The notes: generated by a model from the letters alone, not told the origin. Counted from the first letter of the stretch, positions 45,981 through 56,340 are shown. The stretch is DNA of 61,135 nucleotides from Eubacteriales bacterium (GCA_045632805.1 JAZQXI010000125.1:1-61135); one strand, 5' to 3'. Translations and numbers: made by a program.

Positions 45981-48386
45981 TCAGTTTCTCAATTCCAGAC
46001 CCATTTTAAACTTCAGGTCATTGAGAATCTTTTTAGTTACCTTGTCCGCTTCTTCCACGGTAAGCGTACGGTCGGAAGCACGGAGGGTCACACGAAGCGA
46101 GACCGACTTCTTACCCTCGCCAAGCTGAGGACCGCGATAGATGTCAAAGAGTGCGACGTTTTCAACCAGCTTTCCGCCTGCCTTTGCCATCACGCCCTCA
46201 ATCGCACCGACTTCCATGTCCTCGTCACAAACAAAGGAGAAGTCACGGGTGGTTGCGGGATACTTGGGCAGAGGCTTGTAGGACTTTTTGGTGTTCGCGC
46301 ACGCATAAATCGTGTCAAATTCCAGCTCTGCCACGTAAACGGGAAGATTCATGCCATAGTTTTCGGTCATCAGAGGATGCGCTTGGCCCAAAATTCCAAG
46401 GAGCGTTCCGTCAGCGGCAAGCACCTTTGCGCATCTTCCGGGATGGTAGGAATCATTGTCGTTGCAAGCCGTGTAGGTAGCATCCTTGATTCCTGCCAGT
46501 GCGAGAATATTCTCGCAAACACCCTTGAGCGCGTAGAAATCGGTGTTTCCGTACATACCCAACGTCAAAATACGCTTTTCATCGGGCAACTCATTTGCCG
46601 CTTCGTGGGGCAGGTACACCGTTGCGATCTCAAACAAGCGGATGTTTTCGTTGTTGAAGTTGTTGTTGCGCGCCAGCGTTTCCATCATCGAGGGGAGTGC
46701 TGTGGTACGCATCACGCTCGTGTCCTCGCCCAAGGGATTGGAAATTACGACCGAGCGGCGGAGCGTGCTGTTTTCGGGCATGCGGATCTTGTCGTAATAC
46801 TTGGGACTGATAAAGGAGAAGGTGTGGATCTGAGAAAGTCCCATGCCGACCAAAGCGTTTTCGGTATTGACCTCAAACATTTGCTTGTCGCTTCTGCCGC
46901 CCAAGGTGGTCTCGGCGTTCATGTAGGACTCCTCGATCTTGTCGTAGCCGTAAATACGGCAGACTTCCTCTGCGATATCGTTCATGCAACCGAGATCGGC
47001 GCGGAAGGAGGGAACGTAGATTTTTCCGTCCTCGATCTTGCAGCCAAGTCCCGTCAAGGTTTTAACCATATGCGCCTCGGGAATCTTCATGCCGAGGAAT
47101 TCGTTGTATCGCGCGGGGGTAAAGGGAAGAACCGTCTGTTCTGCCTTGGAGGGGTATACGTCGATGATACCGTCTACAACGTCACCCGCGCCCAACAGCT
47201 CAACCAGTTCGCAGGCTCTTTCAAGTCCTGCCATGCAGTTTTCGGGATCCAGACCCTTTTCGAAACGTGCGGAGGACTCGGTGCGCATGCCGTTCTTCTT
47301 TGCGGTTACACGAACCGACGCGCCGTTAAAGCAAGCAGACTCAAATACAACGGTAGCGGTGGATTCGGTGATTTCGGAGTTTGCGCCACCCATCACACCT
47401 GCCAGAGCGCACGCCTTTTTGCTGTCCGCAATCACGAGCATGCTGTCATCCAGCACGTGATCGGTGTCGTCCAACGATTTAAACGCTTCACCGTTACCGG
47501 CGCGGCGCACGTCGATCTCGGCGCCGTCCAAGGACTTGTAATCAAACGCATGCATCGGCTGACCGTATTCAAGCATGACGTAGTTGGTAATATCTACGAT
47601 GTTATTGATGGGACGAACCCCCGACGCGCGCAGACGCATCCGCATCCAAAGCGGGGAGGGCGCGATCTTGACGTTTTTAACCACTCTTGCAGCATAACGG
47701 TAGCACAAATCGGGCGCCGAAATACCAACGCGCAGATAATTGTCGATCTTGTCACCGTCGCCGCATCCCTTTACAGCGGGCGCTTTGAGGGTCAAAGGCT
47801 TATCAAAGGAGACCGCGGTCTCACGAGCAAGACCGATGACAGAGAGACAATCGGGGCGGTTAGAGGTGATCTCAAACTCCACCGAGGTGTCGCGCAGCAT
47901 CAGAACGTCGCGGATATCCTCACCAAGACGATCCTCGCAATCGGCGTCAAGGATCAGAATACCGTTTTCTTCCTTGCCGGGGCATTCGTGCGTGGTCAAT
48001 TCCAATTCGCCCATCGAGCAGAGCATACCGTTGGACTCTACGCCGCGCAATTTTCCTGCCTTGATCACCACGTCACCGGGCAGCTTTGCCACGGGGAGTG
48101 CTGCGGGAACCAGAGCGCCGACAAAAACATTCTGCGCACCCGTGACGATCTGGATATCATGACCGTGCTTCTCGCCTGCGTCCAGACGGCAGACCCAAAG
48201 ATGGTCGGAATCGGGATGCTTTTCCATTGCGGTGACCTTTGCCACCACTACGTTTTCAATGTTTTCGCCAAGAACCTCAAAGCCCTCAACCTTGGAGCCC
48301 GTAATGGTCAGGCGATCGCAATATGCCTTATTATCAATCTCCGAGACGTCAACGTAATCGGAGAGCCAATTTCTGGAAAGATTCAT
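45981..48386 (-). CDS. pheT: Phenylalanine--tRNA ligase beta subunit
   Basis: N-terminal tRNA-binding domain (VVAKVTAMEKHPDSDHLWVC), B3/B4 and B5 domains, and a C-terminal FDX-ACB domain. 801 aa. Confidence 0.95.
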   Translation of the reverse strand: MNLSRNWLSDYVDVSEIDNKAYCDRLTITGSKVEGFEVLGENIENVVVAKVTAMEKHPDSDHLWVCRLDAGEKHGHDIQIVTGAQNVFVGALVPAALPVAKLPGDVVIKAGKLRGVESNGMLCSMGELELTTHECPGKEENGILILDADCEDRLGEDIRDVLMLRDTSVEFEITSNRPDCLSVIGLARETAVSFDKPLTLKAPAVKGCGDGDKIDNYLRVGISAPDLCYRYAARVVKNVKIAPSPLWMRMRLRASGVRPINNIVDITNYVMLEYGQPMHAFDYKSLDGAEIDVRRAGNGEAFKSLDDTDHVLDDSMLVIADSKKACALAGVMGGANSEITESTATVVFESACFNGASVRVTAKKNGMRTESSARFEKGLDPENCMAGLERACELVELLGAGDVVDGIIDVYPSKAEQTVLPFTPARYNEFLGMKIPEAHMVKTLTGLGCKIEDGKIYVPSFRADLGCMNDIAEEVCRIYGYDKIEESYMNAETTLGGRSDKQMFEVNTENALVGMGLSQIHTFSFISPKYYDKIRMPENSTLRRSVVISNPLGEDTSVMRTTALPSMMETLARNNNFNNENIRLFEIATVYLPHEAANELPDEKRILTLGMYGNTDFYALKGVCENILALAGIKDATYTACNDNDSYHPGRCAKVLAADGTLLGILGQAHPLMTENYGMNLPVYVAELEFDTIYACANTKKSYKPLPKYPATTRDFSFVCDEDMEVGAIEGVMAKAGGKLVENVALFDIYRGPQLGEGKKSVSLRVTLRASDRTLTVEEADKVTKKILNDLKFKMGLELRN

Positions 48387-48401
48387 TGATATAACCTCCT
48401 A

Positions 48402-49415
48402 TCAGAACTGCTCGAGGAAGCGTTCGTCGTTTTCATAGAACAGACGAATGTCATCGATGCCGTAGCGTGCCATGGTAATACGCTCAATACCGAGTCCGAA
48501 CGCGAAGCCGGAGTATTCCTCGGGATCGATTCCGCAATTGGAAAGCACGAAGGGGTGTACCATGCCCGCACCAAGGATCTCGATCCATCCTTCGCCCTTG
48601 CAAAGACGGCATCCCTTGCCGCCGCATACGAAGCAGGAAACGTCAACCTCAGCCGAGGGCTCGGTGAACGGGAAGTGATGGGGACGGAAACGGATCTTGG
48701 TTTCCTCCCCAAACATTTTTTTCGCAAACACCGCAAGCGTACCCTTGAGGTCTCCCATCGTGATGCCCTTGTCAATCACAAGTCCCTCAAGCTGATGAAA
48801 CAGGGGGGAGTGTGTCGCATCCAAGGCATCCGAGCGGTACACGCGACCGGGGGAGATGATGCGGATCGGAGGCTTTACCTGCTCCATGACGCGAACCTGC
48901 ACGGGTGATGTCTGGGAACGCAGAAGGATGTTGTCGGTGATATAGAAGGTATCCTGTGTGTCACGCGCGGGATGATTTTCGGGAATGTTGAGCGCTTGGA
49001 AGTTATAGTAATCAAGCTCCACCTCGGGACCTTCCGCAATCGAAAATCCCATACCGATAAAGATGTTTTCCAGCTCGCGCTGTGCTTGCGTCAGAGGGTG
49101 AATATGACCCATGGGGAGAGGAGACGCGGGCATGGTGACATCCAGCTTTTCGGACTTCAGACGTGCATCCAGCGCCTTCGCCTGAAGCTCGCGGGAACGC
49201 TCCGCAATCGCGTTTTCGATCGCTTCGCGAACCTCGTTTGCCATCTGACCCACCACAGGGCGTTCCTCGGGAGAGAGCGCTCCCATGCCGCGCAACACGG
49301 CGGTAAGCTCACCCTTTTTTCCGAGATATTTGACCTTGATTTGCTCCAAGGATGCGTCGGGAGCCATGATCTGCTCCAGCGCTTCGGCTTGGATCTTTGA
49401 AAGCTTTTCTTTCAT
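48402..49415 (-). CDS. pheS: Phenylalanine--tRNA ligase alpha subunit
   Basis: Class II motifs, including [13 protein letters not shown] and GAGMVHP. AAGGAAG RBS before ATG 49415. The upstream part of the track ORF is leader RNA. Confidence 0.95.
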   Translation of the reverse strand: MKEKLSKIQAEALEQIMAPDASLEQIKVKYLGKKGELTAVLRGMGALSPEERPVVGQMANEVREAIENAIAERSRELQAKALDARLKSEKLDVTMPASPLPMGHIHPLTQAQRELENIFIGMGFSIAEGPEVELDYYNFQALNIPENHPARDTQDTFYITDNILLRSQTSPVQVRVMEQVKPPIRIISPGRVYRSDALDATHSPLFHQLEGLVIDKGITMGDLKGTLAVFAKKMFGEETKIRFRPHHFPFTEPSAEVDVSCFVCGGKGCRLCKGEGWIEILGAGMVHPFVLSNCGIDPEEYSGFAFGLGIERITMARYGIDDIRLFYENDERFLEQF

Positions 49416-49469
49416 TATTTGATCTTCCTTTCTGATAGATGGAATATAATTTTGACAACGAAACGGGGG

Positions 49470-49735
49470 AAAGCAACAAAAAACGCGCCGTCCCACACAA
49501 TCAGGACGAGGCGCAAACAAGCACTCCGCGGTACCACCCGAAATTTCGGCTCAAAGCCAACACTCTGATAGGCTTGTAACGGTGCCTGTGCCGTATCGGG
49601 CTAAAGACAAACGTGTTGACCCGATCTGCTCCGAAGGGAAATGCACAATCCGACGGCACGCGCCGCTCTCAGCATTGCGGCACTCTCTGTATGTGTCGTA
49701 AATTCGGATAGGCGAGCTTCATCCTCGCATTTACC
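49470..49735 (-). promoter_or_regulatory. T-box riboswitch leader (Phe) with intrinsic terminator
   Basis: On the minus strand: T-box sequence AATTTCGGGTGGTACCGCGG (49526-49545), AGAGA and GCTGAGA stem I elements, a candidate UUC specifier (49633-49635), and terminator GCGCCTCGTCC...GGACGGCGCGTTTTTT (49476-49515). Confidence 0.85.
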
Positions 49736-49740
49736 TAAAC

Positions 49741-49769
49741 AGTATAGCATATTTTTTTGACTTTTGCAA
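49741..49769 (-). promoter_or_regulatory. Sigma-A-type promoter of the pheST T-box leader (TTGCAA, 17 nt, TATACT)
   Basis: Read on the minus strand. Confidence 0.6.
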
Positions 49770-49800
49770 TAGATTTTGCGAAAAAAAGTGAAAAAAGGGC

Positions 49801-49838
49801 AAAAAAATACCGCGCCAAGCCATACGGTTTGGCGCGGT
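49801..49838 (-). terminator. Intrinsic terminator after the SBP gene
   Basis: On the minus strand: ACCGCGCCAA...TTGGCGCGGT followed by TTTTTTT. Confidence 0.7.
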
Positions 49839-49855
49839 CAAACTATGATTGAATT

Positions 49856-51973
49856 TTACTGTCCCTTCTTATCCCAAGCCACTTCGGGGAAGGTATCGAA
49901 GATGGAGATCTTCGACTCCACCGTAGCCCCATCGGCATCCGTCTCGGTTACCGTGTAGGTATAGTCGGTGTAATTTTTGAGATTGGTCTTTTGGAAATTG
50001 TAGGGAGAGTAGTAGGTTGCGGAAATATCGGTGAGCTGATCGCTTACCATTACCGCAGTTTTGTTGAAGATTACGGGGATCACAGGCATATCGTTCATGA
50101 GGATCTTTTCTGCCTCATGGAGCAATCTTGCTCTTTGATCCACCCACTGCCACTCTTCTGTGGTGGGGGTAATGCCGTACTTATCGTAAACAGCCTTTAC
50201 CGTGTCGTATACCTTTGCAAAGGCATCGTCGGTGTAAAGGGAACCTGCAAACTTTTGATTTGCGTTGTTGCGATCAAGCGATGCAAAGTAGGGCAGATAG
50301 TAAATCGCTTCCATAATATTATTATAAGCGGTACTGTTGTAGCCCGTACGGTTGGCAGTCGGGGAATAGGAGAGCTTGCCGTCCTCGGAAACCTGACGGT
50401 TGAGCGCCATGCCGGAGAATTCGAGTGCAAAGTTGCCGAGCATAGAGTATGCGTCAGCGGAGTAAGCGGTGTAATCAAAGAGCACAACGTCGAACTTCTT
50501 GCGCTCGATGGTTTCAAGGAACAGATCGTCGCAAATATCCTTCGGTGTTTCTTCTTGCGATTTCAGCCAGTCGTTATTTTGGATTGCGTATACGGGTTCA
50601 GCCTTGACCTTGAATCCAAGCTCGCACCAAGCTGCCGCAACCAGCTTTGCAACTTCGGTATTTACATCGTCATATGCCGCATATTTGATTGTAAACGAGT
50701 AGTTGGCGGGAACGATTGCCTTTCCGTCGATCTTTGCCTTTGCCAAGGTTGCTTTTGCTTCGGAGAGGTTTTTCGCCGTGGAGAGCAGGGCACCGCCCTC
50801 ATCGCGGAATTTCACAACGTTCTTACCGGGAGTGGTATTTACCACGGAGGGAGGAACCAAAGCGGTTGCACCTTCTGCGTAAACAACCTTTTGCGCGATT
50901 GCATCACGGTCGATGACAAGAGAGAGTGCCTGGCGGACTTCTTTAATGTTAAGAGGTGCTACGTCTTGATTCAGATAGCAAACTGTAGTAGAGAGCGCAT
51001 CCGAAAGCTTAACGTTGTTCTTTACGTAATCATCGTTGCGCAGAGCAAACGGAATATCACTCATATAGAAGATCTTTCCGTCCTTATAAGCCTGCAGAAG
51101 ATCTGCATCGCTCATCGAACAATCAACGAGAATACGATAGGGAGTAACGGTAGAAGTAATACTGTCACGCTCGTCGTTACGGTAGTAGTGACGGTTGCGC
51201 TCCAGATAGAAATACTCAACGTTCATTACGGACGAAGTGGATGTTACTTGATCGCCGTCCTTGTTGATTGCATTATCATCCTTTACCTTTGCGTCCTTGG
51301 TCTCGATGTACTTAATCTTACCGAGCTTAAAGGGACCGCTGGTGATCATTGTGGAGGACTTCTTTGCCCAGTCCGCGTTCTTTTCGACAACGCTCTCGGA
51401 AAGGGGAGCGGTCACAACACTGGTCAGGTTCAACAGGAACTGATTGTAATCGGGCTTTCCTTCAAAGGTGATCTTAAGACCGTAGTCACCCTGAGATACA
51501 ACACCAAGGTCGTAAGGGGATTCTTCACCGCTCTTAACAGCACGCGCGTTTTTAATATCAAACAAGAGAGAGGCTGCCTCATGGCTGTTTCCCTCGCTGA
51601 GCAAGCGTCTCCATGCGTAAACAACGTCCTCTGCAAGCAATGCCAGACCGTTGCTCCACTTGGTTTGGTTCAGCTCGATCTCCATCTCATATACATTGTT
51701 TTCTGCATCTTCAATGATCTTGTATTCTTTTGCGAGGGCGTTGACGATCTTACCGTTCTCGTCCAGCTTGAAAAGCGTTTCAAACATCATGCTCACCACG
51801 TTGGCGGTGCCGCTGTTATAATACGCCTTCGCAGGATCGAAATCGTAGATCTCGTCCGTCATGTACATGGTGATGTAAGCACCGAAATCTTCTTCACCTG
51901 TGTTAGCGCAGGCTGAGAGAGCGGGAACCAACATCACTACACACAGTAAAAGTGCAAAGATCCGTTTTGACAT
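49856..51973 (-). CDS. ABC transporter substrate-binding lipoprotein, family 5 (peptide/oligosaccharide type), orphan
   Basis: Lipobox LVPALSAC after a signal peptide. Long SBP_bac_5-like body. AGAGGAGG RBS before ATG 51973. No permease or ATPase genes are adjacent. Confidence 0.7.
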   Translation of the reverse strand: MSKRIFALLLCVVMLVPALSACANTGEEDFGAYITMYMTDEIYDFDPAKAYYNSGTANVVSMMFETLFKLDENGKIVNALAKEYKIIEDAENNVYEMEIELNQTKWSNGLALLAEDVVYAWRRLLSEGNSHEAASLLFDIKNARAVKSGEESPYDLGVVSQGDYGLKITFEGKPDYNQFLLNLTSVVTAPLSESVVEKNADWAKKSSTMITSGPFKLGKIKYIETKDAKVKDDNAINKDGDQVTSTSSVMNVEYFYLERNRHYYRNDERDSITSTVTPYRILVDCSMSDADLLQAYKDGKIFYMSDIPFALRNDDYVKNNVKLSDALSTTVCYLNQDVAPLNIKEVRQALSLVIDRDAIAQKVVYAEGATALVPPSVVNTTPGKNVVKFRDEGGALLSTAKNLSEAKATLAKAKIDGKAIVPANYSFTIKYAAYDDVNTEVAKLVAAAWCELGFKVKAEPVYAIQNNDWLKSQEETPKDICDDLFLETIERKKFDVVLFDYTAYSADAYSMLGNFALEFSGMALNRQVSEDGKLSYSPTANRTGYNSTAYNNIMEAIYYLPYFASLDRNNANQKFAGSLYTDDAFAKVYDTVKAVYDKYGITPTTEEWQWVDQRARLLHEAEKILMNDMPVIPVIFNKTAVMVSDQLTDISATYYSPYNFQKTNLKNYTDYTYTVTETDADGATVESKISIFDTFPEVAWDKKGQ

Positions 51974-52169
51974 TGGAAAAATCCTCCTCTGTAAATGAAT
52001 AAATCGCAATCGGCTCATATGGCACGATATATACTCTTATATTATAAACTATTTCTCATCAAATTTCAATAGATTCCCAATTTTTTTAATGTATATTTTG
52101 TTAATTTTTTTATCAAAGTAACTACAAAGTATCGTACGCGCGAGAAAAACGAGGAAGGAAGGTGATGAC

Positions 52170-53084
52170 GTGTCGACAAACGGATATGCACGGAGTGATT
52201 TGGCTTGCGAGGGGTTTGGATCAGCAATCGAAGATTGCCCGGGGGCTGAGCGGCAGGAGAGACGTGTAGGCGACGTTAAAATTTGCCGTTTGAAGATTGC
52301 CACCGAGACTGCGTCCCGCACGCTTGGAAAGCCTTGCGGAACCTACCTGACTTTGGAATGTGGCAGAATGGATCGTCTGTATGGGGAGCGCCGAGAGTTT
52401 GTTGCCCGACTTTTGGCAGGAGAACTGCGTGGAATGGCAGAGCGGCTGACAGGAAAACGCGCGGATGCGGAGCTCGGAGTCTTTGTGGCAGGGCTTGGTA
52501 ACGCGGAGCTCACGGCAGATGCCATCGGTCCTATGACCGTTCGCAAGCTGACCGCCACACGGCATCTGCGGGAGCATGAAGGGGATCTTTTCCATTCCGC
52601 GGGATGCGTGTCGCTTTCGGCGTTGGCACCGGGCGTGTTGGGACAAACGGGAATCGAGACCGCCGAATTGCTTTCGGGCGCGGTTCGTGTGGTCTCCCCC
52701 GATCTTGTGATCGTGGTAGATGCGCTGGCGGCAAGAAGCTGTGATCGTCTGGCGTCCACGATCCAACTTTCGGATGTGGGGATCCAACCCGGCGCGGGTG
52801 TTGGGAATCACCGTGTGGCAATTACGCATCAGAGCATTGGAGTGCCTGTCATTGCGCTGGGGGTTCCCACAGTGGTGGATTCCGCAACGCTGGTATATGA
52901 CGCGCTTCGGGAAGCGGGGATCCAAACGGTAGAACCGAGTCTTTCACGTGTTTTGAAAAGCGGGAAGAGCTTTTTTGTATCACCCAAAGAGAGCGATGTG
53001 ATCAGCGCCAAGATCTCGGATCTTCTTTCGCATGCCGTTACCCTGGCATTTGCGGGCGAGCTGATCGCAGAGTTGGAGGAATAA
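52170..53084 (+). CDS. gpr: GPR endopeptidase (spore germination protease)
   Basis: ARSDLACE at the N-terminus, GLGNAELTADAIGP, and VDALAARS. GTG start after GGAAGGAAGG. Confidence 0.85.
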   Translation: MSTNGYARSDLACEGFGSAIEDCPGAERQERRVGDVKICRLKIATETASRTLGKPCGTYLTLECGRMDRLYGERREFVARLLAGELRGMAERLTGKRADAELGVFVAGLGNAELTADAIGPMTVRKLTATRHLREHEGDLFHSAGCVSLSALAPGVLGQTGIETAELLSGAVRVVSPDLVIVVDALAARSCDRLASTIQLSDVGIQPGAGVGNHRVAITHQSIGVPVIALGVPTVVDSATLVYDALREAGIQTVEPSLSRVLKSGKSFFVSPKESDVISAKISDLLSHAVTLAFAGELIAELEE

Positions 53085-53137
53085 AAAATATGAGCGGCGC
53101 ATAGAATGAATCAAAAAAGAAAAGGACGGTGGACGCT

Positions 53138-54208
53138 ATGTCACAAAAGCTGATCCCGCAAACAAGTGCGGACAAGTCGGAACGGATTCTTCTGTCAGGG
53201 CATTTTTACAGGCGATCTCGCTTTTTTGCGGTCTTTCTGATCTGTGTTGCGCTCCTTGTTGCGGGCTTTGCGATCACGGGAGTTTGGATGAATCGAGGAA
53301 TGGATGAGGATTTTAAAGATCTCGGATCTTTTACGGGAGACGGCGAAGAGGATTCCACAAGCGCACTGCCGCCCGACGAAACAGAACCGCCGAAAAAAGA
53401 AGAGTCCCCGGTCGCCCCCGATGAGGAGCTTCCGTCGGGAGCGATCCCCGTGATCGATGCGGATCTGTCGTGTCCCACGTTGGGCGAGGGATATTTTCAC
53501 AACGCAACCGCATACCGCCCCGATCTTCCAACGCTTCTCCGCATGGATATCACATCTCCTTTGGGGGAGCAGCCATTGGTCTTGATTCTGCACACGCATA
53601 CAAGCGAGAGCTATTTGAGGGAAGGGCAGAGCTATCTGACAGGAGATCTTGGCGAGGTGACTTACTCCGAGGATTCCGAACGCAATATGCTGGCGGTTGG
53701 GCAGGTGCTTTGTGAGACGCTCAATCAAAAAGGCATCACCGCGATTCATTGCACGGTGATGCACGATCATCCAACGCTATCAGGCTCCTACGAGCGCGCA
53801 TTGGAAAGTATTCGGTTTTATCTGACGCATTATCCTTCGATCCGCTACGTGATTGACTTGCACCGAGATTCGGTGTTGAGCGCCGACGGAGAATACATAC
53901 GCGCACTTGCAAAAGACGATGGCGAAGCCGTGGCACAGGTGATGCCTGTGGTAGGGAGCGATGGCGGGGGAGAAAAAAATGAGCGCTGGGAAGGGAACTT
54001 GGCACTCGCGCTTCAATTGCGCAAAGCGCTCAATGCAAGCGTTCCATCAATGTGTCGCCCGATCGATTTGCGCAACGAGACCTATAACCAAGAAATCGCT
54101 CCGTATTCCTTATTATTGGAAATCGGTACGGGAGGGAATTCCATCGAAGAAGCCAAGCGTGCGGCGCGGTTGGTGGGAGAGACATTGGCGAGCTTGATTG
54201 CGGGTTAA
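53138..54208 (+). CDS. spoIIP: Stage II sporulation protein P
   Basis: N-terminal TM helix. LILHTHTSESY and IDLHRD motifs. The conserved gpr-spoIIP gene order is present. Confidence 0.85.
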   Translation: MSQKLIPQTSADKSERILLSGHFYRRSRFFAVFLICVALLVAGFAITGVWMNRGMDEDFKDLGSFTGDGEEDSTSALPPDETEPPKKEESPVAPDEELPSGAIPVIDADLSCPTLGEGYFHNATAYRPDLPTLLRMDITSPLGEQPLVLILHTHTSESYLREGQSYLTGDLGEVTYSEDSERNMLAVGQVLCETLNQKGITAIHCTVMHDHPTLSGSYERALESIRFYLTHYPSIRYVIDLHRDSVLSADGEYIRALAKDDGEAVAQVMPVVGSDGGGEKNERWEGNLALALQLRKALNASVPSMCRPIDLRNETYNQEIAPYSLLLEIGTGGNSIEEAKRAARLVGETLASLIAG

Positions 54209-54525
54209 TGACGGCGCAGGCAAAGCACCTCAAGCCCGATGAGTGCGAGCGCGATCAGGAGTCCTGCAAAAAGGCTCAAAGCACCGCTTTCCATAGCACC
54301 GATCACACCGATCATTCCAACCAGTGCGAGTGCCGTTCCGCCAACGCGCAGAAAGCGACGAACGGGAACGGATACCAAAAAATTGAGAATTGCGGCAAGG
54401 AAGGCAAGCACCTGATCTGCCGCTTTTCTCCATGCGCTGACACGCACAGTGCCTTCGAAGAAATAAGCCTCAAAAATATCATTATTGGAATTGGAAGATC
54501 TGTTTTGTTGATAATAAGCGTTCAT
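54205..54525 (-). CDS. Small hypothetical membrane protein (106 aa)
   Basis: ACGGAGG RBS before ATG 54525. Two hydrophobic helices. Its 3' end overlaps the spoIIP stop by 4 nt (convergent). Confidence 0.45.
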   Translation of the reverse strand: MNAYYQQNRSSNSNNDIFEAYFFEGTVRVSAWRKAADQVLAFLAAILNFLVSVPVRRFLRVGGTALALVGMIGVIGAMESGALSLFAGLLIALALIGLEVLCLRRH

Positions 54526-54637
54526 GATTTGCCTCCGTAAATCCATATTTGGAATTGCTGTGTCGACATTATAACAGATTTTTTGCGCTTTGTCAATAGG
54601 TTTTTTCCAAAAAAAGAAAAATATTTTCAAAAACCTC

Positions 54638-54666
54638 TTTACAAACTTTGAAAAGTGTGTTATAAT
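54638..54666 (+). promoter_or_regulatory. Sigma-A-type promoter (TTTACA, 17 nt, TATAAT) for the XRE-S24/radC pair
   Basis: -35 at 54638-54643 and -10 at 54661-54666. Confidence 0.55.
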
Positions 54667-54695
54667 AATGCCGTAATCGGAAAAAGGAGGGGCTT

Positions 54696-55517
54696 ATGGA
54701 GTCTTATCTGGATCGAATCAAACAATTGAAAAATGAAAGAAAAATGACCAACGATCAGCTCTCGGAGCGTTCGGGGATTCCGCTTGGAACACTCAGTAAG
54801 ATCTTGGCAGGCATGAGCGATTCGCCAAAGCTTTCCAATATTATAGCGCTGTGCAGCGCTCTGAATTGCTCGGTGGAATACATCGTCAGCGGCACGCCCG
54901 AAAACACCAACAATTATACCCTGAGCGGTGAGGAAATTTCCTTGATCGAGGATTATCGCGGCTTGGATTCCTTCGGACGCGAGCTGGTGGATTTGGTGGT
55001 CGCCAAGGAACGCGCGCGTATTTCGGCAATGGCAGGTGAGGCTACCCAAGAGGCGCCCGCACCTCGCAAGACCAAGTCGGGAGAGGCAAAAATTCTGTCT
55101 CCCATTCGCCCCCTTGGGCGTTATGCGGGAGAACAGACGCGCACGGGCAGACGTTCGATTTTGCTGTATGAGCTGCCTGTTTCCGCAGGTGTTGGCGTGT
55201 ATCTTGACGAGACGACTGCCGAGAATATCACAATTCCCGATAATGAAAAAACCGCCGAGGCAGATTACGCGCTTCGCATCAGCGGTAACAGTATGGAACC
55301 CAAATATCATGATGGAGACGTGCTTTTGGTGCGTCATAGTGACGGAGTGGATGTGGGAGAACTTGGTATCTTCCTTTTGGATGGCTGTGGCTTCTTCAAG
55401 GTCTTTGGAGGCGATAAGCTTCTCTCGCTGAATCCCGAATATGCACCCATTCCGTTGAAAGATTTTGCCGACGTGCAGTGCAAGGGATTGGTTGTCGGTA
55501 AGCTGAAGAGGAAGTAA
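54696..55517 (+). CDS. XRE-family HTH + S24 (LexA/CI-like) self-cleaving repressor
   Basis: N-terminal HTH (MTNDQLSERSGIPLGTLSKI). C-terminal ISGNSMEP (Ser) and KGLVVGK (Lys) dyad region. AAGGAGG RBS. Confidence 0.8.
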   Translation: MESYLDRIKQLKNERKMTNDQLSERSGIPLGTLSKILAGMSDSPKLSNIIALCSALNCSVEYIVSGTPENTNNYTLSGEEISLIEDYRGLDSFGRELVDLVVAKERARISAMAGEATQEAPAPRKTKSGEAKILSPIRPLGRYAGEQTRTGRRSILLYELPVSAGVGVYLDETTAENITIPDNEKTAEADYALRISGNSMEPKYHDGDVLLVRHSDGVDVGELGIFLLDGCGFFKVFGGDKLLSLNPEYAPIPLKDFADVQCKGLVVGKLKRK

Positions 55518-55518
55518 T

Positions 55519-56340
55519 ATGGCAGAAAAAGAAGGATCCATTCATCAAAATCACAGAAGCCGTATCAGACGCGAGGTCTTGGACTATGGTATGGACCATA
55601 TGCCTGACTATAAGGTGCTTGAAATCTTCTTGTATGGATGTCTCGCTCGCGGAGACACCAATGAGCTGGCACATCGGATCGTGGAGCATTTCGGCTCGAT
55701 CGATGCATTGATGAATGCAAATGGAGACGAATTGATGCGTATTCCGGGAGTTGGGGAGCAGACTGCCGTTCAGATCATGTCGGGGATGGAGCTGTTCCGC
55801 CGCTGTATGCGTGCCCGCATCGAGCGTGCCAACGATACCAAAAATGTTTATACATCCTTGCAAAAAATCGCGGAACGTATGTGGAGCTATTTTCAAGGCT
55901 TGGACAAGGAACGGCTTTATATGTTGCTGTTTGATAACCGAATGGCGCTCATCAGTCAACAGGTCATCTCCAATGGCTCGATCAATAGCACCGATGTTTG
56001 TAACTATGCAATCGTGCGACAGATCATGGAAAAGAACGCCGCAAGCGTTGTGTTGGCGCATAACCATCCGCACGGCAACGCAACTCCGTCGCCCGAGGAT
56101 ATTCAGGTAACCGATGATCTGTTTCATCTGCTCAAGGGCATCGGTATTCCGTTGCGCGAGCATATCATCATCGCGGACGATCGATTTTCCTCCATTTTGC
56201 GTGCGAACAACCGTATTCCGCACGTCATGTCACAGCAAAAGGTAAGCGAGAGCGATTTTGATTGGGACCGTTTTTATGACGTGGACGAAGAAACCTATCG
56301 CTTTTCCGATTCGCTCGGACCTTTAAAGGATCTGAAATGA
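55519..56340 (+). CDS. radC: RadC-family JAB-domain protein
   Basis: N-terminal HRSRIRREV, an HhH region (RIPGVGEQTAVQI), and JAMM motif AHNHPHGNATPSPEDI. It starts 1 nt after the upstream stop. Confidence 0.85.
   Translation: MAEKEGSIHQNHRSRIRREVLDYGMDHMPDYKVLEIFLYGCLARGDTNELAHRIVEHFGSIDALMNANGDELMRIPGVGEQTAVQIMSGMELFRRCMRARIERANDTKNVYTSLQKIAERMWSYFQGLDKERLYMLLFDNRMALISQQVISNGSINSTDVCNYAIVRQIMEKNAASVVLAHNHPHGNATPSPEDIQVTDDLFHLLKGIGIPLREHIIIADDRFSSILRANNRIPHVMSQQKVSESDFDWDRFYDVDEETYRFSDSLGPLKDLK

Noticed and set aside
46377-48389. A 670-aa plus-strand ORF antisense to pheT. Similar cases are 49991-51916 (antisense to the SBP gene), 35747-37366 (antisense to spoIVA) and 5411-6235.
   Set aside because: For the three I checked (46377-48389, 49991-51916 and 35747-37366) the cause is the same codon-aligned antisense artefact. 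The sense-strand products (PheT, SBP, SpoIVA) are unambiguous, and the antisense translations are low-complexity and Arg/Gly/Val-rich.
54205-54208. A 4-nt convergent overlap between the spoIIP stop and the small membrane ORF stop, as a possible regulatory antisense arrangement
   Set aside because: The overlap involves only the stop codons and is common in compact genomes. The small ORF call is itself only moderate in confidence.
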